Assembly (NCBI GenBank): GCA_030141605.1 | Contig: JAQGDQ010000524.1 | Span: 90,041-154,040, forward strand | Reading direction: 5' to 3' | Origin: Tubiluchus corallicola | Lineage: Eukaryota > Animalia > Priapulida | DNA: 64,000 nt | In this document: positions 12,310-43,562 of the stretch, in pieces | How the letters are laid out: each line of letters starts with the position of its first letter | How positions within the stretch are numbered: position 1 is the stretch's first letter | The notes under the pieces: generated by a model | Seen by the model: only the letters and a program-made list of their open reading frames with translations | Told to the model about the DNA's origin: nothing | Databases searched by the model: none | Made by a program: the position numbers and the translations under genes

Positions 12310-12888
12310 GAATGTAACTAATATTAAAACTCAATCACTACTGTTATTACGACAATGTATACAGTCTCCAGTGACTAGTTAATTATAATTCGTATTTCGA
12401 TATTACTGTATAATGAGTGGAACACAATCAAAATTGTTGACTATCATTATAACAATATAGGCTACATTATAACAGTATAGAAAAGGCTCTGTTAATATTA
12501 ATTGTAATTCCAATTTCGATAATTTCTAAAATGTTCACTCATGTTGTAATAGCAAATTTTAACTGATGTCACTTTTCGCATCGAATACGCATGCGCCACA
12601 ATAACAGACTTCCATAACTACAATCCGTAAAACAAGGAGGTCGCCAAAGCGAACAAGAAGGGCTACCACGAAGCTTCAAGGATGACCACAGGTAAAAGGT
12701 AAGTCTATGCTGATTCCATTCAAAGCTGGCAGAGCTGGAATAGAATTTCTTTGGTTTCGTTGTGTCTTATCGGCCACTTTTCTCCGGTTGTTTGTTTAAA
12801 TAAAGCAGTTTGTTCGTTTTCCTAACACTTTTGTAAAGCAGCAATTACTTTTGTGAAACTAATAGGAAAAGGTTATTCAGGGAAAAAA

Positions 12889-13470
12889 CGATGACGATGA
12901 CGATGACAATGAAGGCGACGACGACAACAATGATGATGATGACCATGATGATGATGATGACGACCAGGATGATAATGACGGCGATGACGACAAATGGCAG
13001 ATCCATAGTACACAGATCTACGATGATGATGACGATGATGATAACGACGACTACAATGATGATGATGACCATGATGATGATGATGCCTATGATGATGACG
13101 AAGATGACCATGACGATGATGACGATGATGATAATGACCACATGATGACAAATGGCAGACCCATAGTATACAGATCTACGATGATGATGATGATGATGAT
13201 GATGACGACGACGACGATGCTGACCTTGATGATAATGATGAGGATGATAATGACCATGACGATTATGACAATGATGATGATGATGACCGCGATGATGATG
13301 ATGATGATGATAACCATGATAATAATGATGATGATGATGATGCCTATGATGATGACAAATGGCAGACCCATAATACACTGGTCTACGATGATGATGACGT
13401 TGACGAAGACAATAACAATGATAATGATGATAACAATAATAATAATTACACTAATGATAGTAATAGTAAT
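12889..13470. repeat. (GAT/GAC)n low-complexity tract with three embedded copies of a ~33-bp unit
   Basis: GACAAATGGCAGA(T/C)CCATA.TA.ACAG.TCTAC at ~12988, ~13147 and ~13354. Confidence 0.9.
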
Positions 13471-13889
13471 TTCGTTCAGGACAAAGTCAAGGGGTAACAC
13501 GTTAATCAACTCAATAATTATTTCCAAAGTGATCCGGATATTTATTGCCAGCATGTTACTCTGATAACCCGAATGCTTGATCAAAGAAACAGCAATACTA
13601 TAAACTGTGGTATGGGAATTGAACCTGCGACCTCCAGGATAGGAAATGAACATTCTACAACGTACACACGTAGTTGTGTAATCGCCCCAATTATGTAATT
13701 TGTAAATGAATTTATCAAAGTTCAAGCGCCACATTTCTATCATCAAAGCATTATAATAGGTGTAGTTACGACTATGTGAAATTGGCTTCAAATTAATGTT
13801 ATTAGCAAATTATACGTGTACACTGACCCACTTAAAAGTTTATTATGTACTTTTAAATTTAGGTCAAAAAGAAAATGAGAGTAAGGACC

Positions 13890-14285
13890 TCAGAAAGAGG
13901 AAGGAGGAGAGAGAGGGAAAGAGGCAGAGAGGGAGAGAGAGGGAGGGGGAGAGAAGAAGAAAGAAGAGAGGGAGAGAGGGAGGGGAGAGGAGGAAGAGAG
14001 AGGGGGAGAGAGGAAGAGGGAGAGGGAGAGAGAGAGGGGGGAGGGAGGGGGAGAGAAAGAGAAAGAGGGGGAAAGAGAGAGGGGGAGGGAGGGAGACAGG
14101 GAGAGGGAGAAAGAGGAACAGAGAGAAAGAGAGATGGAGGGATGGTGGTAGACAAAGAGAGAGAGAGAGAAAGGTGAAGAAAGAAAGAGGGAGGAAGAAA
14201 GAGAGAAAGAAAGAGAAGAGAGAGAGAGAGAGAGATACCACAGGGGGAAAGGGAGGGAGAAAGGGGGAGATAGAAATGGAAGAAA
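13890..14285. repeat. Polypurine (GA/GGA-rich) tract
   Basis: Almost exclusively A/G. Confidence 0.9.
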
Positions 14286-15759
14286 AAATCACCCAATCAA
14301 AAGCACTGAATCAAACATACATTGATTTCGAAGGTCACAGTGAATTGCATTCTACACGAAAATTTGGCTCTGGCTTCATCAAACAAATATGGAACTTAAT
14401 AAAGGGCTCAACAAAGAGTATGAACAGTGGTAAGAAGTCGTTTGCTTAAGATTAAGTAATAATCTAATAAATAAACGGTATCTGCGATTAGGTAATACTA
14501 ATAGACAGAAATGACTTTTTTCGATTTGTTAGAAGATCAAATTAAACAGTTTGGAATCATAAAACATTAATTAATTACAAACTACTCGAAATACAAGCTA
14601 GCTAACATCATTTCTGTAAAAGTTACACCCTTTTTCAAAATTTTAAGCCTCGTACAAACTTCCGTAATTGGCTTTGTGTCAACTAATTAGTCTACCTGCC
14701 TCGCATAAGTTTACCTGTTAGTTCACTGAAAAACTCGGGCCACTTTATTCTGCCTTACGTGCACAAAAAAAACTAATTTATTGCCTAGATTCCACTAAAC
14801 GTACTTGCTGACGCAAAGCTATTTTTAACCCAAGTTACGCTCATAACCTACTTACATATTATAATGAGTTGGCGTTGTTGTGTAACGCGTTGTCAAAGTC
14901 CCTACCTGTGAATCGTAACAAAAACACAACAACCGATTTCCAAACGTTCACTGCACGCTACGAACTATACATACCTATCAACAATTAGCAACGTTAATTA
15001 AGAAAAGTTAACCCCTGTCTGATAACTCAAAACGAATAATTACGACTTGAACACGTATCGTAAATGCAGTTAGTCCGTCTACGCGATTCACAAGCCGAAG
15101 CAAATGGCGGCTCAGTGTGTACTAGTGAATGTGGGTCACGTGCACGAACAACTCACACCGCGACTGAGCCAGATGATCGTACAGTGGAGAAAGCAGCGCT
15201 GTTACTGTGTTGCACTCGGCTATGTTGAAATAGAACGTGTAATAAACTCGCACAGAGATTCAGACACACTGGATTTACTATTCGTGTGTATGTAGAGTGT
15301 AGACGGTGCTGAGAATTCAAAGTCTAAGACACAGGCTGTTTGTTTACACACGCAGAATCAGAAAAATTCACTGTAGACCTAGACAAATACGGCAGACATG
15401 AGTTTGCAATAATTTGCTCAATTTTTACCTTGAATTCTTTAGTATTAATTCTTTCTTGGGGGTAATTCTTTTTTTGGTCTTACCGAAGTATCAAATAATG
15501 ACTGGTTGACGTGTCACGATGACGTACGAAGATGACTAAACTTTACACAATGTTGTGCTTGGTGATGCATTAGCAAGTAACAAAAAAGAAAGCACAAACT
15601 ATGAAGATTTTAGTCGACTGTTAAACGTCATCATAACGTGTCACTTTTTTGTAAAAAATCCAGAAGTTGAGAACGAAGGTTTGAGTAGCAAATGTTTGCG
15701 ACGAAATTGGCCTTCGCAAAACAAACAAAACACGAAATAAAAAACATGACAAAGACAAA

Positions 15760-16395
15760 TATGTTTTAAAAACATGTTCTGTAAATTTTAATGCTAATTA
15801 TGAAGTTACGTGCCTTAATTTTAAAGCATAACTGGACCCATAGTCAAACTGTAGGTCAAAAAAATCTGCTCTTTAAAATACTGAAAGCAAATATAGTATT
15901 TTTTCAAAAATGACTTACGTCAAAGAATTATTACCACACAAACACAATTTCACGTTTGTGCCATTAGTTCTTCGCTGTTACACAAAAAAACACACTGCAC
16001 AAAAACATGTGCTGTACCTCTCAATTAAGATGTGTTAATTTGTGACGAACTGCATACGTGAGCACAGTGGCAAATTTGAATTTTGAATATTTATTTTATT
16101 TATCCTAAAACTTGCCTATTTTAGTACAACATACTGGAAATCTTATTTTCTGCTTCAATTTTCGTTTTCGCAAACACGTACAACACGCTCGTAGAATTTT
16201 TTCCGTTGAAAATTATGTTAGTTTGTGATGTCATCAATTGTTCGACTCGCCCGTCGTTAATTAAGCTTTTAATCTATTATTTTATTATCAGAGATGCTTT
16301 TGCAGTATTATTGGTGTTAAAATGTATACTTTTTACCATACTTGATAGTGGGATAGTGAGGTAGTATATGAAAAATCATCCTGTATTCTTTTAAT
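15760..16395 (+). mobile_element. Dispersed repeat family C (Kolobok-like termini), partial copy
   Basis: Shares AAAAATGACTTACGT.AAAGAATTATTACCAC and the terminal ATGAAAAATCATCCTGT...TTAA with copies at 17952-18994, 53530-53700, 59400-60012 and 62045-62575. Confidence 0.7.
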
Positions 16396-17352
16396 ATCCT
16401 ACAGCAAATAGATAAAACCATAAAATTTATCAAAAACGAAATAGAAATTAAATAACATGCAAGCTGATATATAATGACTCTCAACAAAGGTGCAAATGGG
16501 AAAAATTTAAACACCCAGGAGAAATACAGAACTTCCGTGCGTTTTAAATTTTCTAAAAGCAAATTTTAATCAATTGCACAATCACGAAACCTTTAGTTAG
16601 CCCTAGCGGTTAAAATTCGTCTTAATTCCATTAACTTTTGATTTTAAAGTCTTCTTAAAATACTCATTTTGTAATGGAAATAATTGCAAAAAATGAAAGG
16701 GCTAAAAAACTTATAAACTTTGTCACCAATTAGCCACACTTTTAAACGCGGGCTACAATTTAATAAGGGGTTGTAAATAGTTTGAAGCAATTCTACTTTT
16801 CCAAGTAACGCGGCCATTTTGGTACTCGTTACAGTAGCATCGGTGATGTGAACGATTTTGCAAGGTCATTACAGAAAATGAGGAGGGCAGCTCGTAGGTG
16901 AACCAGCTGCTGAGAGGGAATGATTTCAGAACGCGAATCAAGGTAAATTCTAGCAGGTATCTAGTACCGCTGTGTTTATAGGAATACCGAGTTTCTTTTA
17001 TTTCATTTTACTTCATTGCTGTTTTATTTAGGCAAATATCATTATTACATGCTAATTGTATATTTCATCACTGCACACAATGAAAATACTGTGAACAGTA
17101 ATAGTTACTGTGATATATAAATAAATAAATATATAAATATATATATATATCATTAATTGATAGATTGCAATTTTATTTCATAAGAAATAGTCATTATAAA
17201 ATGCAATACACGAAACCTGTCTACACAAACAATACATACGTATTACATAATACACATGCACACATCTTAACTAAAATTTAATGACTAAAATAAAGATTTA
17301 ACTAACTGCACACACGCACGCACACATACATGCACACACACGCGTGCGCGCG

Positions 17353-17385
<33 letters not shown>

Positions 17386-17951
17386 TCACACATACACACA
17401 TAGAAGCACACGATTATCTTACATTAGTATAATTACATTCACACAATAAATATAAATTAGTCAATACTTAGATTGAGATACAATCAATAAAAATATTAAT
17501 TTAAAACATTAGTTGTCAAGTAATAAAATCCTTAAGGCTACAAAGGAGAATCGACCTCCATTTCGAAGTATAATACAATGAACATATATCACAATCTACA
17601 ATCAATCAATTTGATGTACACATTTTAACTATTTTAACAAGATATTATAAGTCGATTTCTAAAAGAAACTGCGTATATGCTTACGCATAATTCCTGCGCA
17701 AAATGCGAAATTCCTCGGTAATATTCATATAATGTTTATTTCTGTTCATTTGTCTGTATAATGCGTAACTACCACGACCGGAAATGCTTTTACGGATATT
17801 AAATTTTCAAGCACATGTGCTGACTTTTCCATTATGAGTCATCATGACGCACTCCTGACAGGAAGCAAAAGCTAAGCAGTATCATTGACTTTTTATAATT
17901 CAAAAAATAAGTGCTTTCCATAGGATGAGTCCATAAAATTCATTTAGTTAA

Positions 17952-18994
17952 AGGAAGACTGGATGATTTTTCATACACCACCCCATTTTCAAGTTCGATA
18001 AAAAGTATACATTTTGACACCATTAATACTGCAAAAGCGTTTCTAATAATTAAATAATAGATTTAAAACTTAATTAATAGTTTATTAATTAATTAATTAT
18101 TAATTAAAACTTAATAGCCGTGCAAGCCCAACTATTTATGACATCACAAACTAACATAATTTTCAACTGCTAACATGTTCCACGAGCGTGTTGCACGTGT
18201 TTACTAAAGTGAAAATGGAAGTTCAGTGCTACTATAAGACATTCATTGTGTTGTACTAAAGCCAGGCAAGTTTTAAGATGAAAATAAAAATTTCAAATTT
18301 ACCGCTATGCTCACGCATAAGTTGTCAAACGTATGTAGTTCATCACAAACTAACACATCTGAACTGAGATCTACAACACCTGTTTTTTGTGCAATGCATT
18401 TCAATTTTAAGTGTTAACTAATGAATTTATTTGTATTTTTGAACTAACTATCTATGTTATATCACAAGTATATATTATAATAATACTTTTGTATAATTAA
18501 TAGAATGAGGTACATTGATAATTATTTCAGTTATGGCTTCTGTACTTTGTGAGCTATGTATATTTCAATTGTAAGTGTTAACTAATGAATTACTTGTGTT
18601 TTTGGAACTAAATATCTATCTAACTATATTCTTGATAACCAGTTGTATCTATCTGTTCTCAACTAAATCGTATTTGTTACACAGTGGAAAAACTTCGATC
18701 AGTAATATTACTGCATGTTAATCCACTTAAAAAAATAAACTTCATATATCTTACAGTAATACTGCACTTCAATTTTCTCTTTCACTAACACGTGCAACAC
18801 GCTCGTGGAATTTTTACTGTTGAGAATTATGTTAGTTTGTGACGTCGTAAATAGCTGTGCTCGCCCGCCGTGAATTAAGCTTTTAATTAATATTTAATTA
18901 TCAGAAACGCTTTTGCAATATTAATCGTGTTAAAATGTATACTTTTTATCGTTCTTGGAAAGGGGTAGTGTATGAAAAATCATTCTGTCTTCTT
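17952..18994. mobile_element. Family C element with long inverted arms and TTAA flanks (Kolobok-like non-autonomous DNA transposon)
   Basis: TTAA|AGGAAGACTGGATGATTTTTCATACACCACCCC ... GGGGTAGTGTATGAAAAATCATTCTGTCTTCTT|TTAA; inverted similarity over >200 bp. Confidence 0.7.
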
Positions 18995-19789
18995 TTAATT
19001 TTATTACGATGAATGGTGGATTTTTATTCTTCGAAATTTTTTTATCTGAATTTAATGATTTACTTCAATGTTTTTAGCTTCTTAACTTTATTTAAAAAGT
19101 TTGAATTTTCTTTAAAAATAGGCGGGAGAGCAAAACTTGGGTGACTGAATGCCCTGAATTCAATTAATTTCGAATTTCTGACGCAAACGAATACTCAATT
19201 GAGTTTAGTAGCAATTTTCTAAATGTATGTAATTTTACTTTAATATCGAAAACAAGAACAAGTAATTAAAATATGCGCATAATTATTGATGAATATTTTT
19301 TACAATGATGGTACTTACAATGACGATGTAACAGGAATAATTAGTAATAAATTTAATTAGTTTAATTAGTAACAAGATTATGTTTAGTAATAAAGATTTA
19401 CTGGTCTATTATGAGAGACCTACTTGTTAGTTCAACCTTTTAGTAAAGAGAAAATTACAATAAGATTAAATTACAACTTGATTACATTAAATGTATACGT
19501 CAAGTCTAATACAGAAATACTTTAGATGTTCCTATTATACTGTTTCCATGGTCATCCTTGATAATGCACAAAGGAAGAGCATAGTGATTTTCAAGGCTAT
19601 GTGACTCCTGGCTAGCTAGGCCTTTGCACAGAAAAATCACTATATGGATCTATGAAAGAAGCCTAATTCAGCTAATTACATGGTCATTTTGGCACGATGC
19701 CAGCTATACTATAGAGTTGAATGATTATGACATTGGTAATTGATTACGATGCAAATTTAACACTACGTTTACATTCAAGAACAGAGGGC

Positions 19790-19946
19790 AGATCCATGCA
19801 AACCGGGTGAAAAACACCTTAAGTCGACATATGCCTTACTGGCGTAGTTATCGACACCCGCATACCATTTTTATGTCTTTGTATGACTCGGAGATGAACC
19901 TGCAACCTCCCGTGTAGGAAGCGAGCACGCTACCACTGAGCTACAC
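19790..19946 (-). mobile_element. tRNA-derived SINE (MetaSINE-like)
   Basis: Minus strand: GTAGCTCAGTGGTAG (A box), GGTTCATCTCC (B box-like), then GTCATACAAAGACATAAAAATGGTA resembling the Meta domain; no tRNA acceptor stem. Confidence 0.65.
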
Positions 19947-20018
19947 TTCCCGTTATCATATATTATTTTGGCTTGTATAGTAATATTTATAATAATGTAA
20001 TAATAATAACATTTCTCA

Positions 20019-20332
20019 AGATTTAGTCTTTGTATAGAAATTGTCCCCACGGTACTGGATCAGCCATGCTTTGAATATAGACGATCTAGTCTTTGTATAC
20101 ATATTGACCCCACGGTACTGGATCTGCCCGCTTTCAATATGGACGATCTAGTCCTTCTATAGGTACTCAAACCATGATGCTGGATCAGCCACGCCTTGAA
20201 TATGGACGCTTTAGTCTTTGCATAGGTATTGACCACACAGTACTGGATCAGCCACAGTTCGAATATTGACGATTTAGTCCTCGTATAAGTTTTAACACCA
20301 CGACTTTGGATCCGCCGAGCTTTGAACTTGAC
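20019..20332. repeat. Degenerate 63-bp tandem repeat, ~5 copies
   Basis: GAT(T/C)TAGTC...ACTGGATC...GAATATGGAC units. Confidence 0.8.
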
Positions 20333-20515
20333 GGTGTTTGTTGACTGTAGGCACCGGTAAGAAGCTTGGCTTCTTATTGCCGTTAACAAAACTAAGGTCT
20401 GGCTTCACAACTGTATAATAATCACATCTTCATTGAGGAGATGTAACAAAACAGAGGCGCCGCTAAAACGTAAAATTTTTACTCTTCAGCTGCTAATTCT
20501 GCAAGAGCGCTTTAA

Positions 20516-20639
<124 letters not shown>

Positions 20640-21635
20640 GGAGACCGTGGAGACAGATTGAATTGTATAAGTTATTCCGGAATTGATTGACCTCTGACCC
20701 CTGGGTCACGGGTTTAAATGCTACAAGTTACCACTTTATTATAAAGTGCAATTCCTATGCGTCCAAACAAACCCCTCACTTAACCCCTAATCATGACTGT
20801 ACAACAGTAAATGAAAGGTCCCAATGAGACAAGTTATTCCGGGATTGGTTGACCTCTGACCCCTGGGTCACGGGTTTAAATATTACAAGTTTCCGTTTTA
20901 TGCAAAACAAAGTAAAAACAAAAATAGTGAAGCTGAGTTCTATGGGCAAAACTAACTACCCTGGTAATTAAAAGCAAAATAGTTAACAAATTAATAATTA
21001 GTTGCTAATAGTTAACAAATTAATTTAACTGCGCAATAATGACATAAAAGAAGCAATGTTGCATGTACCTTTAAGACCATAGAAAAGGCTGGCGAATTTT
21101 CAATGTCAAATTATGTAACTACGGACTGCATTGTTTGCAAAACCTTCTGTTTCTCACCGCGTCAGAAACATTTTCAACTACAGAGAACTTGCGCATCAAA
21201 CCACAATAGATTTTCAACGTTTTTATTATTATGAGAACGTTGTGAGCCAACTTCTTCACGATCAAATGAAGCAACCGACTTTGAATGACGAATTTTTGTA
21301 ATTTTGGCAAATAAACAGACTTGTGTGATTTAGAAAAGTATACTTTTTAATTTATCGCTAATTCACTTATATAAATTAATGTTTTGAAATATTTTTTCTA
21401 ATTTTTAACTGAACAAAAGAATTAATTCGTCTCTAAAATTCATTAAAAACCTTTGCAATAGTAAGCTAATCACTCATACCTCTATACCTGTAATACTACA
21501 CCCATCGGTTAATAGGTTTAGTCGGTTAATTGGGTCAAAACACGTCCGTCCCAAAGTGAGTGTATTAAGCGGCGCCTACCGTAGTATTCAATTACTAGTA
21601 AATGCAAGTAAATGCCCGTGACTTATTATTTCATA

Positions 21636-22250
21636 CCGTGAAACGGGGTGAGTTCGCCACCCGAGGGTGAGTTCGCCACCCCTTACGTAATGCCCTTTGT
21701 AGGTTTGCTGTAACTATTGTTCAGTGTTTAATGAACAGATATCATGATCACCGTCATTATAAACAGTTTGCGACAGTTATCTTCTTTCAATTCGCACTAG
21801 AAGTATTCCATTCTGCGCTACATATTGTTTGTCTACTATTTCTTGCTACTTAACATGCCACGCACCTGCACCACCCCTGTACCGGGTCATAGATACCAAA
21901 ATTATACCCCAGAAGCTCTGGAAGCTGCCCTACATGCCGTTCAAGACGTTCAAGCCTTCCTTGCCAACGTAGGAGTTTCTATTTGAAAACTAAAACTAGA
22001 CATTTTTCATAATTTTTTCATATGGTGGCGAACTCACCCCCAACCAGCCAATCACAATCACTTAACTTCAGCTGCCTAGAATGGCATTAAACAGTGTTAA
22101 ATTGTTAGTGGCGAATTCACACCACGATAGTGTTTCATTAGAAAGGCAATATAAAGCTTGAACTAAGAAAATCGGTTGGGTAATTCTCTTGTTATGGCAG
22201 GAAACGTAAAAAATACCCCTAAAAAGTGGCGAACTGACCCCGTTTTACGG
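21636..22250 (+). mobile_element. pogo/Fot1-like Tc1/mariner non-autonomous element with transposase N-terminal remnant
   Basis: TA|CCGTGAAACGGGGTGAGTTCGCCAC ... GTGGCGAACTGACCCCGTTTTACGG|TA; ATG at 21855 gives MPRTCTTPVPGHRYQNYTPEALEAALHAVQD (pipsqueak-HTH-like start). Confidence 0.85.
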
Positions 22251-22294
22251 TATTGTTCACTTAGTGTAAGGAAATAGAATGTTTAAATTTTATG

Positions 22295-23040
22295 GCTAAT
22301 AACATGTACGTTGGTCTAATCGCATAACATAACAAATAATTCGTGAGCTTACGGCATTATTATCAATAGCTAGAATGTATAGAATATAGTTGGCGCCACC
22401 ATCGATTAATGGAGACATTTTCTGGCACATTACGCCAAAACAAGAAACATTTCAATACCAACAGTTTAGCGCGTGACAAATAAAATGGCTATATCTGTAT
22501 TTACATTGCAGTGGTCATGATCACGGCGTGCCTTTGGTCATCAATACGTCAGAATTCGTCACGGCTACCATATAATCAGCTGGGAAGAAAAAATATTTAA
22601 TAATTGTTCTGTTTTAAGTTACTTGTGCATTTTTAGCACAAAATAACGCAATATGTGCTGTTTGCTGTTTTAGTGCTTCAGATTAGGGAAAAAACATTCC
22701 TGTTAAAATAAAAATGTGCTTGAGCAAAGTAAAAAAATCTTTGTTAAATTGAAACATGCGTCGTTAAGTGACAAAATGGTGACTTATAACACGTACGACG
22801 TCAAATCGCATAACATAACAAATAATTGGTTAGCTTAGGGCATTATTATCAATAGTTAGAATATGTGGCACTGAGATGGCGCCACCATAGATTAATGGAG
22901 ACATTTTCTGACACATTACGCCAGAACAAGAAACATTTCAATACACACAGTTTAGCGTGTGACAAATAAAATGTCTATATTTACATTGCATTGGTCATGA
23001 TCACGGCGTCCCATTGGTCATCAATTCGTCAGAACTCTTC
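22295..23040. repeat. Local direct duplication (~250 bp, 22295-22560 and 22785-23040)
   Basis: AATCGCATAACATAACAAATAATT...GGCGCCACCAT.GATTAATGGAGACATTTTCTG...GTCATGATCACGGCGT occurs twice. Confidence 0.8.
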
Positions 23041-23612
23041 TATCTTACAAAAATTGCATGACATGACATTGAGATGGCGCCACAGTCGATTAATGGTGAT
23101 ATTTTTTTCACTTTGCACAGAAACAAAGCACATTTCAATATACGTTCATGAGCACATCATAAATCAAAATTTTTATTGTCTGTATCTGCCAATGTATCTA
23201 TATGTACATTGCATTAGTCATGATTGCTACGTGTTTTTCGGCAGAGTTTCGTCAGCATTTTTAGACAATTATGATGAGAAAATGAAGGACATGGTTTACA
23301 AGATGAACTTAGTTTTACAATACATATTAAGCAAAATTTTTTGTACAAATATACAATCAAGAACACTTTTGCCACACCTACCTGATTCGCAGAAATCAAA
23401 AGACATTGACAAATTCAATATTCTCAGATTTTGTAAAAACATTATTAATAGTTAAATAGCAAATAGTTAACAGGCTTAATAATTGTGGGCAAGCTGTAAT
23501 TCGGTGCTTGCTCTCCCCCTATTTTGCTTGCCCACATAGTTAAAAAACATTAATACTCAGACATTAAGGTACTTCCCTCCTCTTTTTTGCAGTTTGTCCA
23601 GTTCGAGTACAC

Positions 23613-23934
23613 CAGTGGTTCCCAAACTTTCTCGGACCGTTACCCAAATCGGGAACCCGGTCGTGTCCATTACCCCCCACCTAGTACTACTTCTCCAACT
23701 CAAAAAGTAAACACACGTATATGCCACAAGCAAGCAAAATTATTTATGTTTGCTCGTGACATAATGGATCCCATGACACAGTGTTGCCTGCCGGAGGCAG
23801 TCTCTTCAAGAAGAAAACTACGTAAAATGCATTCCGAGCGAAGTTTTAAAAAATTTTAGAGGGGTGCCCGTTACCCCCCCCCCCCAAACCATATTACCCC
23901 CGCGGGTAATTTACCCCTACTTTGGGAACCAATG
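23613..23934. mobile_element. hAT (Charlie-like) MITE
   Basis: TIR CAGTGGTTCCCAAA / TTTGGGAACCAATG; perfect 8-bp TSD GAGTACAC (23605-23612, 23935-23942). Confidence 0.92.
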
Positions 23935-24209
23935 GAGTACACGAATAAACAACTGCTAAGTTGTTTGTCGTATCAAGCTGAAATGCCCAAGAGCCAAGAG
24001 CCAAGTGCTCTAGACCAAATGACTGCACGTTGCCAAATGGTGCCATTTACTCTAATATGCCTATGATCTGGATTCAACATTATTAAAATTACATTATGTA
24101 CTGCACACAACAAATTAGACGAGAATCATTATGCAGTTTGTTTCACTTAAGCAAATGTCACATATTTAAACGGCCATCATTTTAATGTAGTCTTACGGCG
24201 GCAAGATCA

Positions 24210-24682
24210 CACTGCAGCCCAGCCCTTTGTTAATTCCATACTGCAGCCAAAGCATTTAATAATTCTATGTTGCAGCCAAAGCATTTAATAATTCTATGTT
24301 GCAGCCAAAGCATTTGACAATTCTATATTGCAGCCAAAGCATTTAACAATTCTGTGTTGCAGCCAAACCATTTAACAGTTCCATGTTGCAACCAAAGCAT
24401 TTAACAATTCTATGTTGCAGCCAAAGCATTAAAAAAATTTATGTTGCAGCCAAAACATTTAACAATTCTATGTTGCAGCCAAAGCATTTAACAATTCTAT
24501 GTTGCAACCAAAGCATTTAACAATTCTATGTTGCAGCCAAAGCATTTAATCATTCTATGTTGCAGCCAAAGCATTTAACAATTCTATGTTGCAACCAAAG
24601 CATTTAACAATTCTATGTTACAGCCAAAACCTTAATTAATTGTATGTTGTAGCCAAAGCCTTTAATACTTCTATGTTACAGC
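24210..24682. repeat. 29-bp minisatellite, ~16 copies, just downstream of the GPCR stop
   Basis: Unit AATTCTATGTTGCAGCCAAAGCATTTAAC. Confidence 0.92.
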
Positions 24683-24894
24683 ACTGATCTTTTTACGTCT
24701 GTACTTAGGCCTTTATTTTGTACTTAGGCCTTTATTAATTCATGTTTCAGTCCAGGCCTTATTAATACTATACTGAAGCTATGGTCATTAGGTCTACTAG
24801 TTTTTATCACAAGTTTGCCGGCATGTTTTAAAACCCAGTAAGAATATAATTACAAAATTACAAAAGATTCAAAACTGTTCATACAGTGGGGCTG

Positions 24895-42658
<17,764 letters not shown>

Positions 42659-42779
42659 GTTGTATTAACTCTGTCAGTTGATCACTAATCTTCTTTCTTA
42701 ACTATTTCTTCGTTATTTTCTAATAGGGAGATACAGGAAACCAGTTTTTAACCATTTTTAATGTTTAGACAGCCATGAA

Positions 42780-42995
42780 AACTGTTTCTTCAGACACAAT
42801 AACTTCTTTTGCTTGCAAAAAGGTACAGTATTACCGCGCGTGTAAGTCTGAGTTTCTTCAGACACAATAACTACCTTTGTTTGCAAAAAAGTACAGTACT
42901 ACAGCGCGTGTAAGCCTCTGTTTCTTCAGACACAATAAGTTCTTTTGCTTGCAAATATGTACAGTATCACAATGTGTGTAAATATCAATTTCTTC
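42780..42995. repeat. Three ~66-bp tandem copies immediately upstream of the GPCR start codon
   Basis: GTTTCTTCAGACACAATAA...TTGCAAA...GTACAGTA x3. Confidence 0.8.
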
Positions 42996-43562
42996 GCATC
43001 CGCAAACACTGCTAGAACACATAACACGGAAGTAAAGGAAACGAAAATTTTATGCTGGTGCTGCGACACTTCCGTTTACAATCACACTCGCTTAATTATT
43101 GGTATTTTTCAGTGAGGATAAAATGTGGTCCTTGCTTTTATACTTCATTATGAATCTCTATCGTGTCTGTAGACTATTTATATACTCAGATGTTGTATGG
43201 CGTGACAGCATTGCCTTTGGTATTAAGACCAACCATCACGGGATGGCAGTGCAGGTAATATCCTGTCACGATTTGTACTGGAACACATGAGATCTGAACG
43301 CTCAACACAGGTGACTCATTCCTTCCAACAGATCATAATGTTTACAAGAATGCTGTGAGTTAGGAAGGATGACCTTTCCCGGTCTGAATGTATGAAAATC
43401 TGGGAAAACCCACTTAGAATTACATGAGCCACGAGATTAGGGCACATGTGAATAACTGCCTCACATGACTGACCTTTGTTATTACCAGCCTGTGTTAGTA
43501 CATTACGTAAGATAGTTATTAAAGGAAAACCGGGCGATTGTTTAGACTCGACCTCCTTATAA

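Noticed and set aside
12845-14449. Poly-His/Met/Ile and (ER)/(SL) ORFs here and at 32566-33822, 44526-45115, 46655-47374, 53749-54159, 57101-59307 and 62660-63993
   Set aside because: Microsatellite translations
14900-15150. Possible PRDM2 5' UTR exon and promoter (donor near 14905, AAATGGCGG, GTCACGTG)
   Set aside because: Plausible, but supported only by short motifs; not called without transcript data
19875-19946. Possible tRNA gene on the minus strand (also a weaker head at ~13600-13670)
   Set aside because: A and B boxes are present, but there is no acceptor stem and the sequence runs into a SINE-like body
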